From assembly GCA_045646345.1 (NCBI GenBank), contig JAZRKN010000019.1, forward strand, positions 1-51,824: a DNA stretch of 51,824 nucleotides, in the 5' to 3' direction. Positions 20,215-28,634 of the stretch are shown piece by piece. Source of the DNA: Candidatus Scatovivens sp. (GTDB lineage Bacteria > Bacillota > Clostridia > TANB77 > CAG-508). The notes beneath the pieces are model-generated. The model saw only the letters and a program-made list of their open reading frames with translations. It did not search any database and was not told where the DNA came from. Each line of letters opens with the position of its first letter. Position 1 is the stretch's first letter. Position numbers and translations under genes: made by a program.

Positions 20215-21813
20215 ATGAAAAGAAACATACTTATTGGAGGAGCTTGGCCATATGCTAATAGCTCATTACACTTAGGACATATAGCAGGATTAATATCAGG
20301 AGACTTGCTTGCAAGATACTTTAGATTAAAAGGAGATAATGTTCTTTATGTATCAGGTTCTGATTGTCACGGAACACCTATTACAGAAAGAGCAAAAAAA
20401 GAAAAAACAACTCCAAGAGAAATAGCAAGTAAATATGATGAAGAATTCAATAGAATGTTTAATGGATATCAATTTTCTTATGATTTATATTCAAGAACTT
20501 ATGATGATTATCATAAAGAAAAAGTACAAGAATTATTTAAAAAATTATATGATAATGGATATATTTATGAAAAAACAGAACCTCAAGCGTACTGTGAACA
20601 ATGTGGTAAATTCTTATCAGATAGAGAAATTACTTTAACATGCCCAGAATGTGGTCAAGAAACAAAAGGTGATCAATGCGATGCTTGTCTACATGTTCCA
20701 ACAGGTGCTGAATTAATGTCAGGAAATTGTATTGACTGTGGTTCTAAAGTTGTTGAAAGAGAAAATAAAGTATTATATTTGGCTTTATCAAAATTTCAAA
20801 AAGAAATAGAAGAACATACTGAAAAAGTTAAACATGAATGGAGAATAAATGCTCAAAATGAAACATTAAAATATTTAAAACAAGGATTATTAGACAGAGC
20901 AGTAACTAGAGATTTAACTTGGGGAGTAGATATTCCACTTCCAGGGTATGATGATAAAAAAATGTATGTATGGATTGAAGCTGTTATGGGGTATATAACA
21001 GATACAATGAAAATCTGTGAAAATAGAACAGATTGTACTTGGGAAGATTTTTGGAAAGAAGGACACAATAATAAGATTTATATGTGTCATGGAAAAGATA
21101 ATATAATGTTCCACAGTATAATACTAAATGCATTATTATTAGGACAAGAAGAGAATTATCATTTAGTTGATACAATAGTTTCTGCGGAATATTTAAACTT
21201 TAATGACCAAAAATTTTCAAAGAGTAAAGGTATAGGAATGACAGCTTTAGAAGCTTTAGATTTATACAATTCTGATTCTTTAAGATATCATTTATTATCA
21301 AATGGTCCAGAGAAAAAAGATACAAACTTTACAATAGAGGATTTTGAAAATACACATAATGGAGAAATACTAAACAAATTCGGAAATTTAGTAAATAGAA
21401 CTTTAAGATTTAAAGGATTAGAAGAAGTTCCAAACGGTGTTTTAGATGAAGAAATAAAAACAGAAATAGAAAGAACATATAATGAAGCTGGAGATTTAAT
21501 TGAAAAATTAGAATTTAGAGAAGCGATAAAAAAAGTTATGGAACTAGTTGAAATAGGAAACAAATTCTATGATGAAAAACAACCTTGGATTGCTAAAAAA
21601 GAAAATATCGAAGAATTTAACAATATTATTTATACTTGTTCTGTTGTAATAGCAAATCTTGCAAATTTATTTGCACCAGTGATGCCAACAGCATGTTCAA
21701 AAATTAGAGAATACTTAAAGTTAAACGATGCTTCTTGGGAATTTATTACAGTTGAATCTGGATTAAAACTAGATAATATTGAACCTTTATTCACAAGAAT
21801 AGAGAAAAAATAA
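20215..21813 (+). CDS. metG: Methionine--tRNA ligase (MetRS2-like, Zn-knuckle type, no C-terminal dimerisation domain)
   Basis: WPYAN..LHLGH, GSDCHGTPI, four CxxC pairs, YVWIEA, GKDN..FH, KFSKS. Confidence 0.96.
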   Translation: MKRNILIGGAWPYANSSLHLGHIAGLISGDLLARYFRLKGDNVLYVSGSDCHGTPITERAKKEKTTPREIASKYDEEFNRMFNGYQFSYDLYSRTYDDYHKEKVQELFKKLYDNGYIYEKTEPQAYCEQCGKFLSDREITLTCPECGQETKGDQCDACLHVPTGAELMSGNCIDCGSKVVERENKVLYLALSKFQKEIEEHTEKVKHEWRINAQNETLKYLKQGLLDRAVTRDLTWGVDIPLPGYDDKKMYVWIEAVMGYITDTMKICENRTDCTWEDFWKEGHNNKIYMCHGKDNIMFHSIILNALLLGQEENYHLVDTIVSAEYLNFNDQKFSKSKGIGMTALEALDLYNSDSLRYHLLSNGPEKKDTNFTIEDFENTHNGEILNKFGNLVNRTLRFKGLEEVPNGVLDEEIKTEIERTYNEAGDLIEKLEFREAIKKVMELVEIGNKFYDEKQPWIAKKENIEEFNNIIYTCSVVIANLANLFAPVMPTACSKIREYLKLNDASWEFITVESGLKLDNIEPLFTRIEKK

Positions 21814-21830
21814 ATTAAGAGGAAAAGAAT

Positions 21831-22511
21831 ATGGGAAAATTATTTGTAATTGATGGAACTGATGGAAGTGGAAAACAAACACAATTTGATTTGTTAAAGA
21901 AACATTTAACAGAAGATGGAATCGAATATAGAACTGTTAGTTTTCCAAATTATGATAGTCCATCGTCTTCACTTGTAAAAATGTACTTGTCAGGAGAATT
22001 TGGAGAAAATGCAAAAGATGTTAGCCCTTATATAGCATCAACATTTTATGCTGCAGACAGATACGCAACATTCAAAAAAGAATTACAAGAATACTATGAA
22101 AATGGTGGTATTATATTAGCTGACAGATATACGACTGCTAATATGGTACATCAAGCAGGAAAAATAACTGATGAAAAAGAAAGAGAAAAATATCTTAACT
22201 GGCTTTTTGATTTAGAGTTTAACATTTATGGTTTACCAGTTCCAACTGAAGTGTTCTTTTTGAATATGCCACCAAAAAAAGTAGAAGAATTAATTAAGAA
22301 TAGAGAAAATAAATTTACTCATAGTGATAAAAAAGATATTCATGAAAGAGATTCAAAACATTTAGAAGATTCTTATAATGCGGCTTGCAGTTTGGTAGGT
22401 AAGTATAATTGGAATGAAATTAAATGTGTAAAAGAAAATGAAATCAGAACAAGAGAAGATATACACAATGAAATTTATAATATAGTTTATAAAGAAGTAC
22501 AAAAGAAATAA
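21831..22511 (+). CDS. tmk: Thymidylate kinase
   Basis: IDGTDGSGKQTQ P-loop, SFPNY, YAADR, LADRY, DIHE. Confidence 0.9.
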   Translation: MGKLFVIDGTDGSGKQTQFDLLKKHLTEDGIEYRTVSFPNYDSPSSSLVKMYLSGEFGENAKDVSPYIASTFYAADRYATFKKELQEYYENGGIILADRYTTANMVHQAGKITDEKEREKYLNWLFDLEFNIYGLPVPTEVFFLNMPPKKVEELIKNRENKFTHSDKKDIHERDSKHLEDSYNAACSLVGKYNWNEIKCVKENEIRTREDIHNEIYNIVYKEVQKK

Positions 22512-22531
22512 TTAACTCATGAGGGTAAAGT

Positions 22532-24169
22532 ATGAGAGGTAAAATAGTAAATTTATGTATAGGGCTAATGAATGTTCTATTTGGAATATTATTAATAGTG
22601 TTTACTAAAAATGTACCATTAGATAAAACGTTAGTTACAGTACAAGAAAATCTCGTTATTAGCTATGTTTTAATTGGAATATATGCAGTGATGGGAATAA
22701 TTGCAATAATTGATGCAATTCAAAGTTATCATCATAGATCAGATACAACTTTTAATACAGCATATTTAATTGGTGTTTTTTCAATAAGTTTTATCTTTAT
22801 AAAACAACCAGCAATAGCATCCTTTAGTATAATTTCAGGAACGATTGTGCTATTTAAAAGTTTAAAAGAAAATTTGATTGAATTAAATAGTACAACTGCT
22901 ATTTCGATTTCAATTGTTGTGATAGCAACTATTGGAGTGTTAGGTGTTATAGCATTGAATTATGATTCTATAGGTGAAAGTATAAAAAACAAAGAAAATA
23001 AAAACGAGTTGGCATATACATCAGATTACTTCAAATATGTTAAAGAACTTGAAGAACCATATGATATACCATACATAAATGTAAAAAAAGATGGCAAATG
23101 GGGATATATAAATACAAATGGTGAATGTATGATACAATTTATATATGATTATGCCAGTCCATTTGTTGAAATTGAAGAATATGGTAAAAAGTTTTATATA
23201 GCATTTGTCTGTGAAGATGGAAGTACTAAAGTTATTTTGAAAAATGGAAGAGTTGTTTTATCATATAGAACGGAATCTTCAGATGAAAATTACAAAGTGA
23301 AACTTGAAGAACTTCAAAATATATATACTAACATTCTTAATCAAAAAGGAAAAATGCATTTTGAACTTGAGAAAACTTTAAACAATATAAATAAAGCTCA
23401 AGCATATTATGAAGTGTCTTCTGAATATTCATTTAGATATGATTATAATGAAGAATATGATCTTTTAGTAACACAGTCTAATATGGGGCTTGGAGATATT
23501 TATGAACTTGCAAAAAAAGCTGAACCAGAAATAAAAATTAGATTAGATACTACTTATTTAGATTATGATTCAAATTACTTATACTTATATTCTAATGGTT
23601 ATATACCATTTTATGAGATTTCTAAAAGAACTCAAGGTTGGTATACACCGTATGGTAAGAAAAATGTCATGACGGGTAAAGCGCAAATTTTAGAATTTTT
23701 TGGAACCGATAGAGTTTTACTAAAAAATTATAATGATGGAACTATTTATTTTTCTGATACACAAGGTAAAAAATTATCTGAAACTTATACAGATATATAT
23801 ATTTGTCCAGAAGGAAGATATATAGTTGGTGATAAAGATGGATATTTTAAATTCATTGATGATGAATATAGACAAGTGTTTGAAAATAAATATGCAGTAA
23901 TAAATCCAAGATTTATTTCGCAAAATTTATATTTAGTTACAGATTCTACAGAAGGAATAAAAACAAATAATTATAATGTTGCTGAAATAGAATGGGATTT
24001 AATGAATCAAAATGGAGAAGTGATTTGTGATGGAATAGAACAAATATATGATTTGATTTATGAAATTAATCCCGTTGGAAATAAAAATGAGAATTACGAA
24101 AAGTTTAAAACAGAAATAAAAGATTTAAATTATCATTTTGTAGGCGATAAATTCTATTTGGATTACTAA
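22532..24169 (+). CDS. Membrane protein with ~5 N-terminal TM helices and an extracellular WG-repeat-containing domain
   Basis: Hydrophobic N-terminal ~140 aa; VKKDGKWGYINTNGECMIQFIYDYASPF is a typical WG repeat. Confidence 0.75.
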   Translation: MRGKIVNLCIGLMNVLFGILLIVFTKNVPLDKTLVTVQENLVISYVLIGIYAVMGIIAIIDAIQSYHHRSDTTFNTAYLIGVFSISFIFIKQPAIASFSIISGTIVLFKSLKENLIELNSTTAISISIVVIATIGVLGVIALNYDSIGESIKNKENKNELAYTSDYFKYVKELEEPYDIPYINVKKDGKWGYINTNGECMIQFIYDYASPFVEIEEYGKKFYIAFVCEDGSTKVILKNGRVVLSYRTESSDENYKVKLEELQNIYTNILNQKGKMHFELEKTLNNINKAQAYYEVSSEYSFRYDYNEEYDLLVTQSNMGLGDIYELAKKAEPEIKIRLDTTYLDYDSNYLYLYSNGYIPFYEISKRTQGWYTPYGKKNVMTGKAQILEFFGTDRVLLKNYNDGTIYFSDTQGKKLSETYTDIYICPEGRYIVGDKDGYFKFIDDEYRQVFENKYAVINPRFISQNLYLVTDSTEGIKTNNYNVAEIEWDLMNQNGEVICDGIEQIYDLIYEINPVGNKNENYEKFKTEIKDLNYHFVGDKFYLDY

Positions 24170-24205
24170 AAATTAGAAATTAAAAAAAAATAAATTACAA
24201 ATAAT

Positions 24206-24239
24206 AAAATAGAACTATTTTAAATAGTTCTATTTTTTT
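24206..24239 (+). terminator. Intrinsic terminator
   Basis: aaaatagaactattt-t-aaatagttctatttt. Confidence 0.8.
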
Positions 24240-24276
24240 GTTGAAAATTTAAACAAATAAATTGGAGGTATAAAAT

Positions 24277-24453
24277 ATGGATGAATGTAATAATCAAAAA
24301 ATTAAATGTACTGTAGAAAGTTGCACATTTCATAATTGCGAAAACAGCTTATGCGAGTTGACTCAAATTGAAGTAAAAGCATGTCCAGGATGTTCTACTG
24401 GAATAGCTCAAGAAGAATCAATGTGTGGAAGTTACAAATGTAAGTGCAATTAA
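24277..24453 (+). CDS. Small Cys-rich protein, DUF1540-like (58 aa; not in the ORF track)
   Basis: GGAGGT RBS; MDECNNQKIKCTVESCTFHNCENSLCELTQIEVKACPGCSTGIAQEESMCGSYKCKCN; IKC.V.SC..H....C.L..I.V...S.C.SY pattern. Confidence 0.85.
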   Translation: MDECNNQKIKCTVESCTFHNCENSLCELTQIEVKACPGCSTGIAQEESMCGSYKCKCN

Positions 24454-24486
24454 CAGATTTACACACAAAATCCTTGGAAAATTCAC

Positions 24487-24515
24487 TTGACATCAGTCTT
24501 ACAAGATTATAAAAT
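24487..24515 (+). promoter_or_regulatory. SigA-type promoter of fba
   Basis: TTGACA-17 bp-TAAAAT. Confidence 0.7.
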
Positions 24516-24550
24516 AGTATAGGAAATATAATTTTAAAGGAGGATATATT

Positions 24551-25480
24551 ATGCCATTAGTAACAACAAAAGAAATGTTTGAAAGATCAATGAAAGAACA
24601 TTTCTCAATAGGAGCTTTTAATATAAACAATATGGAGTTTATACAAGCTATTACAGATGCAGCAGAAGAAGCAAAATCACCAGTTATTTTACAAGTTTCT
24701 TCAAGTGCAATAAAATATGCAAGAATGAATTATTTAATCAAAATGGTGGAGGCAGCTGTTGAATCAACAACTATTCCTATAGCTCTTCACTTAGATCATG
24801 GTCCAGATTTTGAAACATGTAAAATGTGTATCGATGCTGGATTTACATCAGTTATGATTGATGGTTCAAAATATGATTTTGAAGAAAACGTAGCATTAAC
24901 AAAAAAAGTAGTTGAATATGCTCATTCAAAAGGAGTTGTAGTAGAAGCTGAACTTGGAAAATTAGCAGGAGTTGAGGACGAAGTTAATGTTGCTGCTGAT
25001 GATGCAAGATATACAGATCCAGAACAAGCTTATGAATTTGTTCAAAGAACAGGATGTGATTCTTTAGCAATAGCTATAGGAACAAGTCACGGTGCTTACA
25101 AATTTAAAGGAGAAGCAAAATTAAGATTTGATATTTTACAAAAGATTAAAGAAAAATTACCTAATACACCAATAGTTTTACACGGAGCATCTTCAGTTAT
25201 TCCTGAACTTGTGGATATGTGCAATAACAATGGCGGAAATATTCCTGGAGCAAAAGGTTGCCCAGACGAAATGTTAAGAGAAGCAGGAGAAAAAGGAGTA
25301 TCAAAAATTAATGTTGATACAGATTTAAGATTAGCAATGACTGCTCAAATTAGAAAAGCTTTTAATGACGATCCATCAGTATTTGATCCTAGAAAATATT
25401 TAGGGCCAGCTAGAGATGAAATAAAAGCTACAGTAGCACACAAAATTAATACTGTGTTCTGCTCAAACAATAAAGCTTAA
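24551..25480 (+). CDS. fba: Fructose-1,6-bisphosphate aldolase, class II
   Basis: ALHLDHG, GFTSVMIDGS, VEAELG, AIGTSHGAYK, LHGAS, KINVDT. Confidence 0.97.
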   Translation: MPLVTTKEMFERSMKEHFSIGAFNINNMEFIQAITDAAEEAKSPVILQVSSSAIKYARMNYLIKMVEAAVESTTIPIALHLDHGPDFETCKMCIDAGFTSVMIDGSKYDFEENVALTKKVVEYAHSKGVVVEAELGKLAGVEDEVNVAADDARYTDPEQAYEFVQRTGCDSLAIAIGTSHGAYKFKGEAKLRFDILQKIKEKLPNTPIVLHGASSVIPELVDMCNNNGGNIPGAKGCPDEMLREAGEKGVSKINVDTDLRLAMTAQIRKAFNDDPSVFDPRKYLGPARDEIKATVAHKINTVFCSNNKA

Positions 25481-25494
25481 AAGGAAAGCTATTA

Positions 25495-26790
25495 TTGAAT
25501 AAAGATATAATAACTAATGAAAAATCTCATTCAGAAAGCGAGTTTGAAGTTTCTGGCTCAAAAGCAGAAATTCAAAAATTAAATAGCATTCTGGATGAGA
25601 TTTTAAAAAGAAAATATATTTTAGAAGCGGCTAAATTATATGGTTTAGGACAAGTTGAAATCAAAGCATTAAAGGATCATTTAGATGGGCGAGTAAAAAA
25701 CGAATTTATAGTAAGAAGAACAGAGTTTTTATTTAGATTATATGCAATTTTTAAAAGTACTAAATATAATGATAAAATTGGTACTGATGAGAATGGAATA
25801 ATAAATTTGAATGATTATTCTTTTGAAGTTTCAAAAAGAAGATTGGCAGATAGCAAAATAGGTAAATCATGGATTATTAGTTCAAATTTAGAGGCTTTTT
25901 TGGTAACAAATTTGCCAGACTATTCATCACAAATAAAATCTAAATATTTAAATATATCAAATAAAAATAATTTCTTATTACCACAAATTGCAAAACAGAT
26001 GGGTATTGATGCTACAGTATATTATAGAGGAGAATATACTGATGAACATGATGTACTTTCCACTTTTCATCTTACAAAAAATTTTTTGGGTGATGAAGAA
26101 AATTTAATACAAGGGAATTCTATTGTAAAAGATAATCCAAATAAAAAAAGAATTGATTTTGAAGATTTATTAGAAACAGTTGATAAATATGTAAAAAAAT
26201 ATTATAAGAAACATAAATTACCAGAAAAAGCAATGAAAGAAGCAAGAGAAGAAATTAGACAAGGTCTTATAAAACAATCTATTTTTAATAAAATGGTATT
26301 TAATGAAAATGAAGCCAATGAAAAATGGGGACTAATAATAAAAGAAGATAAAACACTTAAATTAGCTCCGCTTTTTAGCTATGATTTTTGCTCTGGAGTA
26401 GAATTGAATCAAAAAACTCATCACAGAGTTGTTCATGGAAACAGAGAAGATATAGAATCATTTATGCTTGAATTTGGAAAAGAAAAATGGTTTAGAGATT
26501 GGATTAGAGATTTTGTTATTGACTTTAATTTTGACAAAGCTGAAAATGATATGGTAAGAAAAACAGGTATAACCATTTCGGATGAAGAAAGAGAATACTA
26601 TAAATTTTTAATACATAAAATGCATCCAAAAATTGTTTCTGTACATAATTTAAATTATGATAAAGAACTAGTAAATCAAAATAAAAAAGAAAAATTAGGT
26701 GATAAATTAAATAGATTAAAAGATTCTATTTCGGATAGGGTGGAAGATATAAAAGCATTTATTAATCCACCAGAAGATAAAGAAAGATAA
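25495..26790 (+). CDS. HipA/CtkA-like kinase-fold protein, apparently catalytically degenerate
   Basis: LLPQIAKQMGIDATVY, LTKNFL..EE.LI.G and FNKMVFNENEANEKWGL...LKLAPLFS follow HipA-like motif spacing; TTG start after AAAGGA. Confidence 0.6.
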   Translation: MNKDIITNEKSHSESEFEVSGSKAEIQKLNSILDEILKRKYILEAAKLYGLGQVEIKALKDHLDGRVKNEFIVRRTEFLFRLYAIFKSTKYNDKIGTDENGIINLNDYSFEVSKRRLADSKIGKSWIISSNLEAFLVTNLPDYSSQIKSKYLNISNKNNFLLPQIAKQMGIDATVYYRGEYTDEHDVLSTFHLTKNFLGDEENLIQGNSIVKDNPNKKRIDFEDLLETVDKYVKKYYKKHKLPEKAMKEAREEIRQGLIKQSIFNKMVFNENEANEKWGLIIKEDKTLKLAPLFSYDFCSGVELNQKTHHRVVHGNREDIESFMLEFGKEKWFRDWIRDFVIDFNFDKAENDMVRKTGITISDEEREYYKFLIHKMHPKIVSVHNLNYDKELVNQNKKEKLGDKLNRLKDSISDRVEDIKAFINPPEDKER

Positions 26791-26799
26791 AGACAAAAT

Positions 26800-26832
26800 A
26801 AAAACTACAATATTAAATATTGTAGTTTTTTT
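26800..26832. terminator. Bidirectional terminator between convergent genes
   Basis: aaaaactacaatat...atattgtagttttt. Confidence 0.8.
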
Positions 26833-26835
26833 GTT

Positions 26836-27285
26836 TTAATAATTATTTTTTAGTGCTCTGTCTATTTTTCTTTCTGCTTCTTTTTTTGCCATATCTTCAC
26901 GTTTGTCGTAAAGTTTTTTTCCTTTTCCAATTCCTATTTCAAGTTTTACTTTGTTTCCTTTCATGTACATTTTAGTAGGAACTAGAGACACACCTTTTTG
27001 TTTTATCAATCCAAATAATTTGTCTATTTCACGTCTATTTAATAATAACTTTCTAGTACGAAGAGGATCTTTATTGAAAATATTACCAAATTCGTATGGA
27101 CTAATATGCATTCCATAGATAAAAACTTCACCATCTTTAATATTTACGTATGTATCTTTAATGTTACATTTTCCGTTTCTAATTGATTTGATTTCTGTGC
27201 CAGTTAATACAATACCAGCTTCTAGAGTACTTTCGATAGAATAGTTATGATATGCAGTTGGATTTTTTACAAGTATTTTTTCCAT
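26836..27285 (-). CDS. smpB: SsrA-binding protein
   Basis: EAGIVLTGTEIKSIR, HISPY..GN..N.DPLRTRKLLL, GKGKKLYDKRE. Confidence 0.98.
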   Translation of the reverse strand: MEKILVKNPTAYHNYSIESTLEAGIVLTGTEIKSIRNGKCNIKDTYVNIKDGEVFIYGMHISPYEFGNIFNKDPLRTRKLLLNRREIDKLFGLIKQKGVSLVPTKMYMKGNKVKLEIGIGKGKKLYDKREDMAKKEAERKIDRALKNNY

Positions 27286-27357
27286 AAAGAGTCCTTTCTT
27301 GAATTAATCTATATATAAATATAACATAATAAATGCATTTTAGCAAATACTAAATGT

Positions 27358-27954
27358 ATGAATCAGATATTAGTCAATAAAAAAAATAATAAGAAGAAAT
27401 ATTTTTTTAAAATACAATTGATAATTTCTATTATTATAGCTTTAATTTCAATAATTATTGTTTTTATTAATTACAACAAAGATGAAGGGTTAGAAAATAT
27501 TTCAGAGATTATAGATAAGAATATTAAATTAACTAATATATATGTTGCAGATGACAAAAGCAATTATCATTTATACTTAGGAAAAATAGTTATAAATAAG
27601 ATAAATTTGGATTATATAATTTTTAACGAATATAATGATGAATTGTTAAAAATTGCTCCTTGTAAATTTTATGGTGGGAGAATAGGAGAAAAAGGAAATA
27701 TTTGTATAGCGGCACATAATTATAATGACAATAGGTTTTTTAGTAGAATAGCAGAATTAAAAAAGAAGGATGAGATAAAATTAATAGATTTGGAAGGAAA
27801 AGAATATCAATATATTGTATATGATAATTTTGAAATAGATGAAAATGATTTTTCAATATTAAAGGCAAGCAAAAATTATGATTTAACATTATTAACTTGT
27901 AATAATATTAATAAAAGAAGAGTTATTATAAAAGCTTATATGAAAGAGTATTGA
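27358..27954 (+). CDS. Sortase (class D/E-like)
   Basis: N-terminal TM anchor; GNICIAAHN (catalytic His), LTLLTC (Cys), downstream Arg (KRRVII). Confidence 0.9.
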   Translation: MNQILVNKKNNKKKYFFKIQLIISIIIALISIIIVFINYNKDEGLENISEIIDKNIKLTNIYVADDKSNYHLYLGKIVINKINLDYIIFNEYNDELLKIAPCKFYGGRIGEKGNICIAAHNYNDNRFFSRIAELKKKDEIKLIDLEGKEYQYIVYDNFEIDENDFSILKASKNYDLTLLTCNNINKRRVIIKAYMKEY

Positions 27955-28031
27955 AAAAAATATGCTTTAGTAGTAAAATTGTAAAGAAAATAAATATATT
28001 AGCTAAATTTATATATAAGAAAGGAATGAAT

Positions 28032-28592
28032 ATGGAAACAAAAGTAACAAATAAACCAGTTGTAACTATAGAGATGGAAGATGGAGGAATAATAAAAATA
28101 GAGTTATATCCAAGCAAAGCTCCAGAAACAGTAAATAATTTTATAAGCTTAATCAATAAAGGATTTTATGACGGATTATTTTTCCATAGAACGATACCAG
28201 GATTTATGGCTCAAGGAGGAGATCCAGAAGGAACTGGAATGGGTGGACCAGGATATGGAATAAAAGGAGAATTCAAAGATAATGGCGTTGATAATCCTAT
28301 TTCTCATTTAAGAGGAGTAATATCAATGGCAAGAAGTAGTATGCCAAACAGTGCAGGATCACAATTTTTTATTGTAACTGATGATTCAGTATTTTTGGAT
28401 GGACAATATGCAGCGTTTGGTATGGTTTTAGAAGGAATGGATGTTGTAGATAGAATAGTAAAAACAAGAGTTATAACAAGAAGTCCATTTGGTGGAGGAA
28501 AAGATAGACCGGTAGAACCGCCAGTAATGAAAAAAGTTACAGTTGAAACTTTTGGAGTGGAGTATCCAGAACCACAAAAATTTGATAAATAA
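28032..28592 (+). CDS. Cyclophilin-type peptidyl-prolyl cis-trans isomerase
   Basis: AP.TV.NF, FYDGLFFHR..PGFMAQGGDP, ISMAR, SAGSQFFI, LDGQYAAFG; start inferred at ATG 28032. Confidence 0.95.
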   Translation: METKVTNKPVVTIEMEDGGIIKIELYPSKAPETVNNFISLINKGFYDGLFFHRTIPGFMAQGGDPEGTGMGGPGYGIKGEFKDNGVDNPISHLRGVISMARSSMPNSAGSQFFIVTDDSVFLDGQYAAFGMVLEGMDVVDRIVKTRVITRSPFGGGKDRPVEPPVMKKVTVETFGVEYPEPQKFDK

Positions 28593-28599
28593 TATAAAT

Positions 28600-28633
28600 A
28601 AAATACTCTAGCATGGCTTGCTAGAGTATTTTT
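28600..28633. terminator. Bidirectional terminator
   Basis: aaaatactctagc...gctagagtatttt. Confidence 0.85.
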
Positions 28634-28634
28634 G

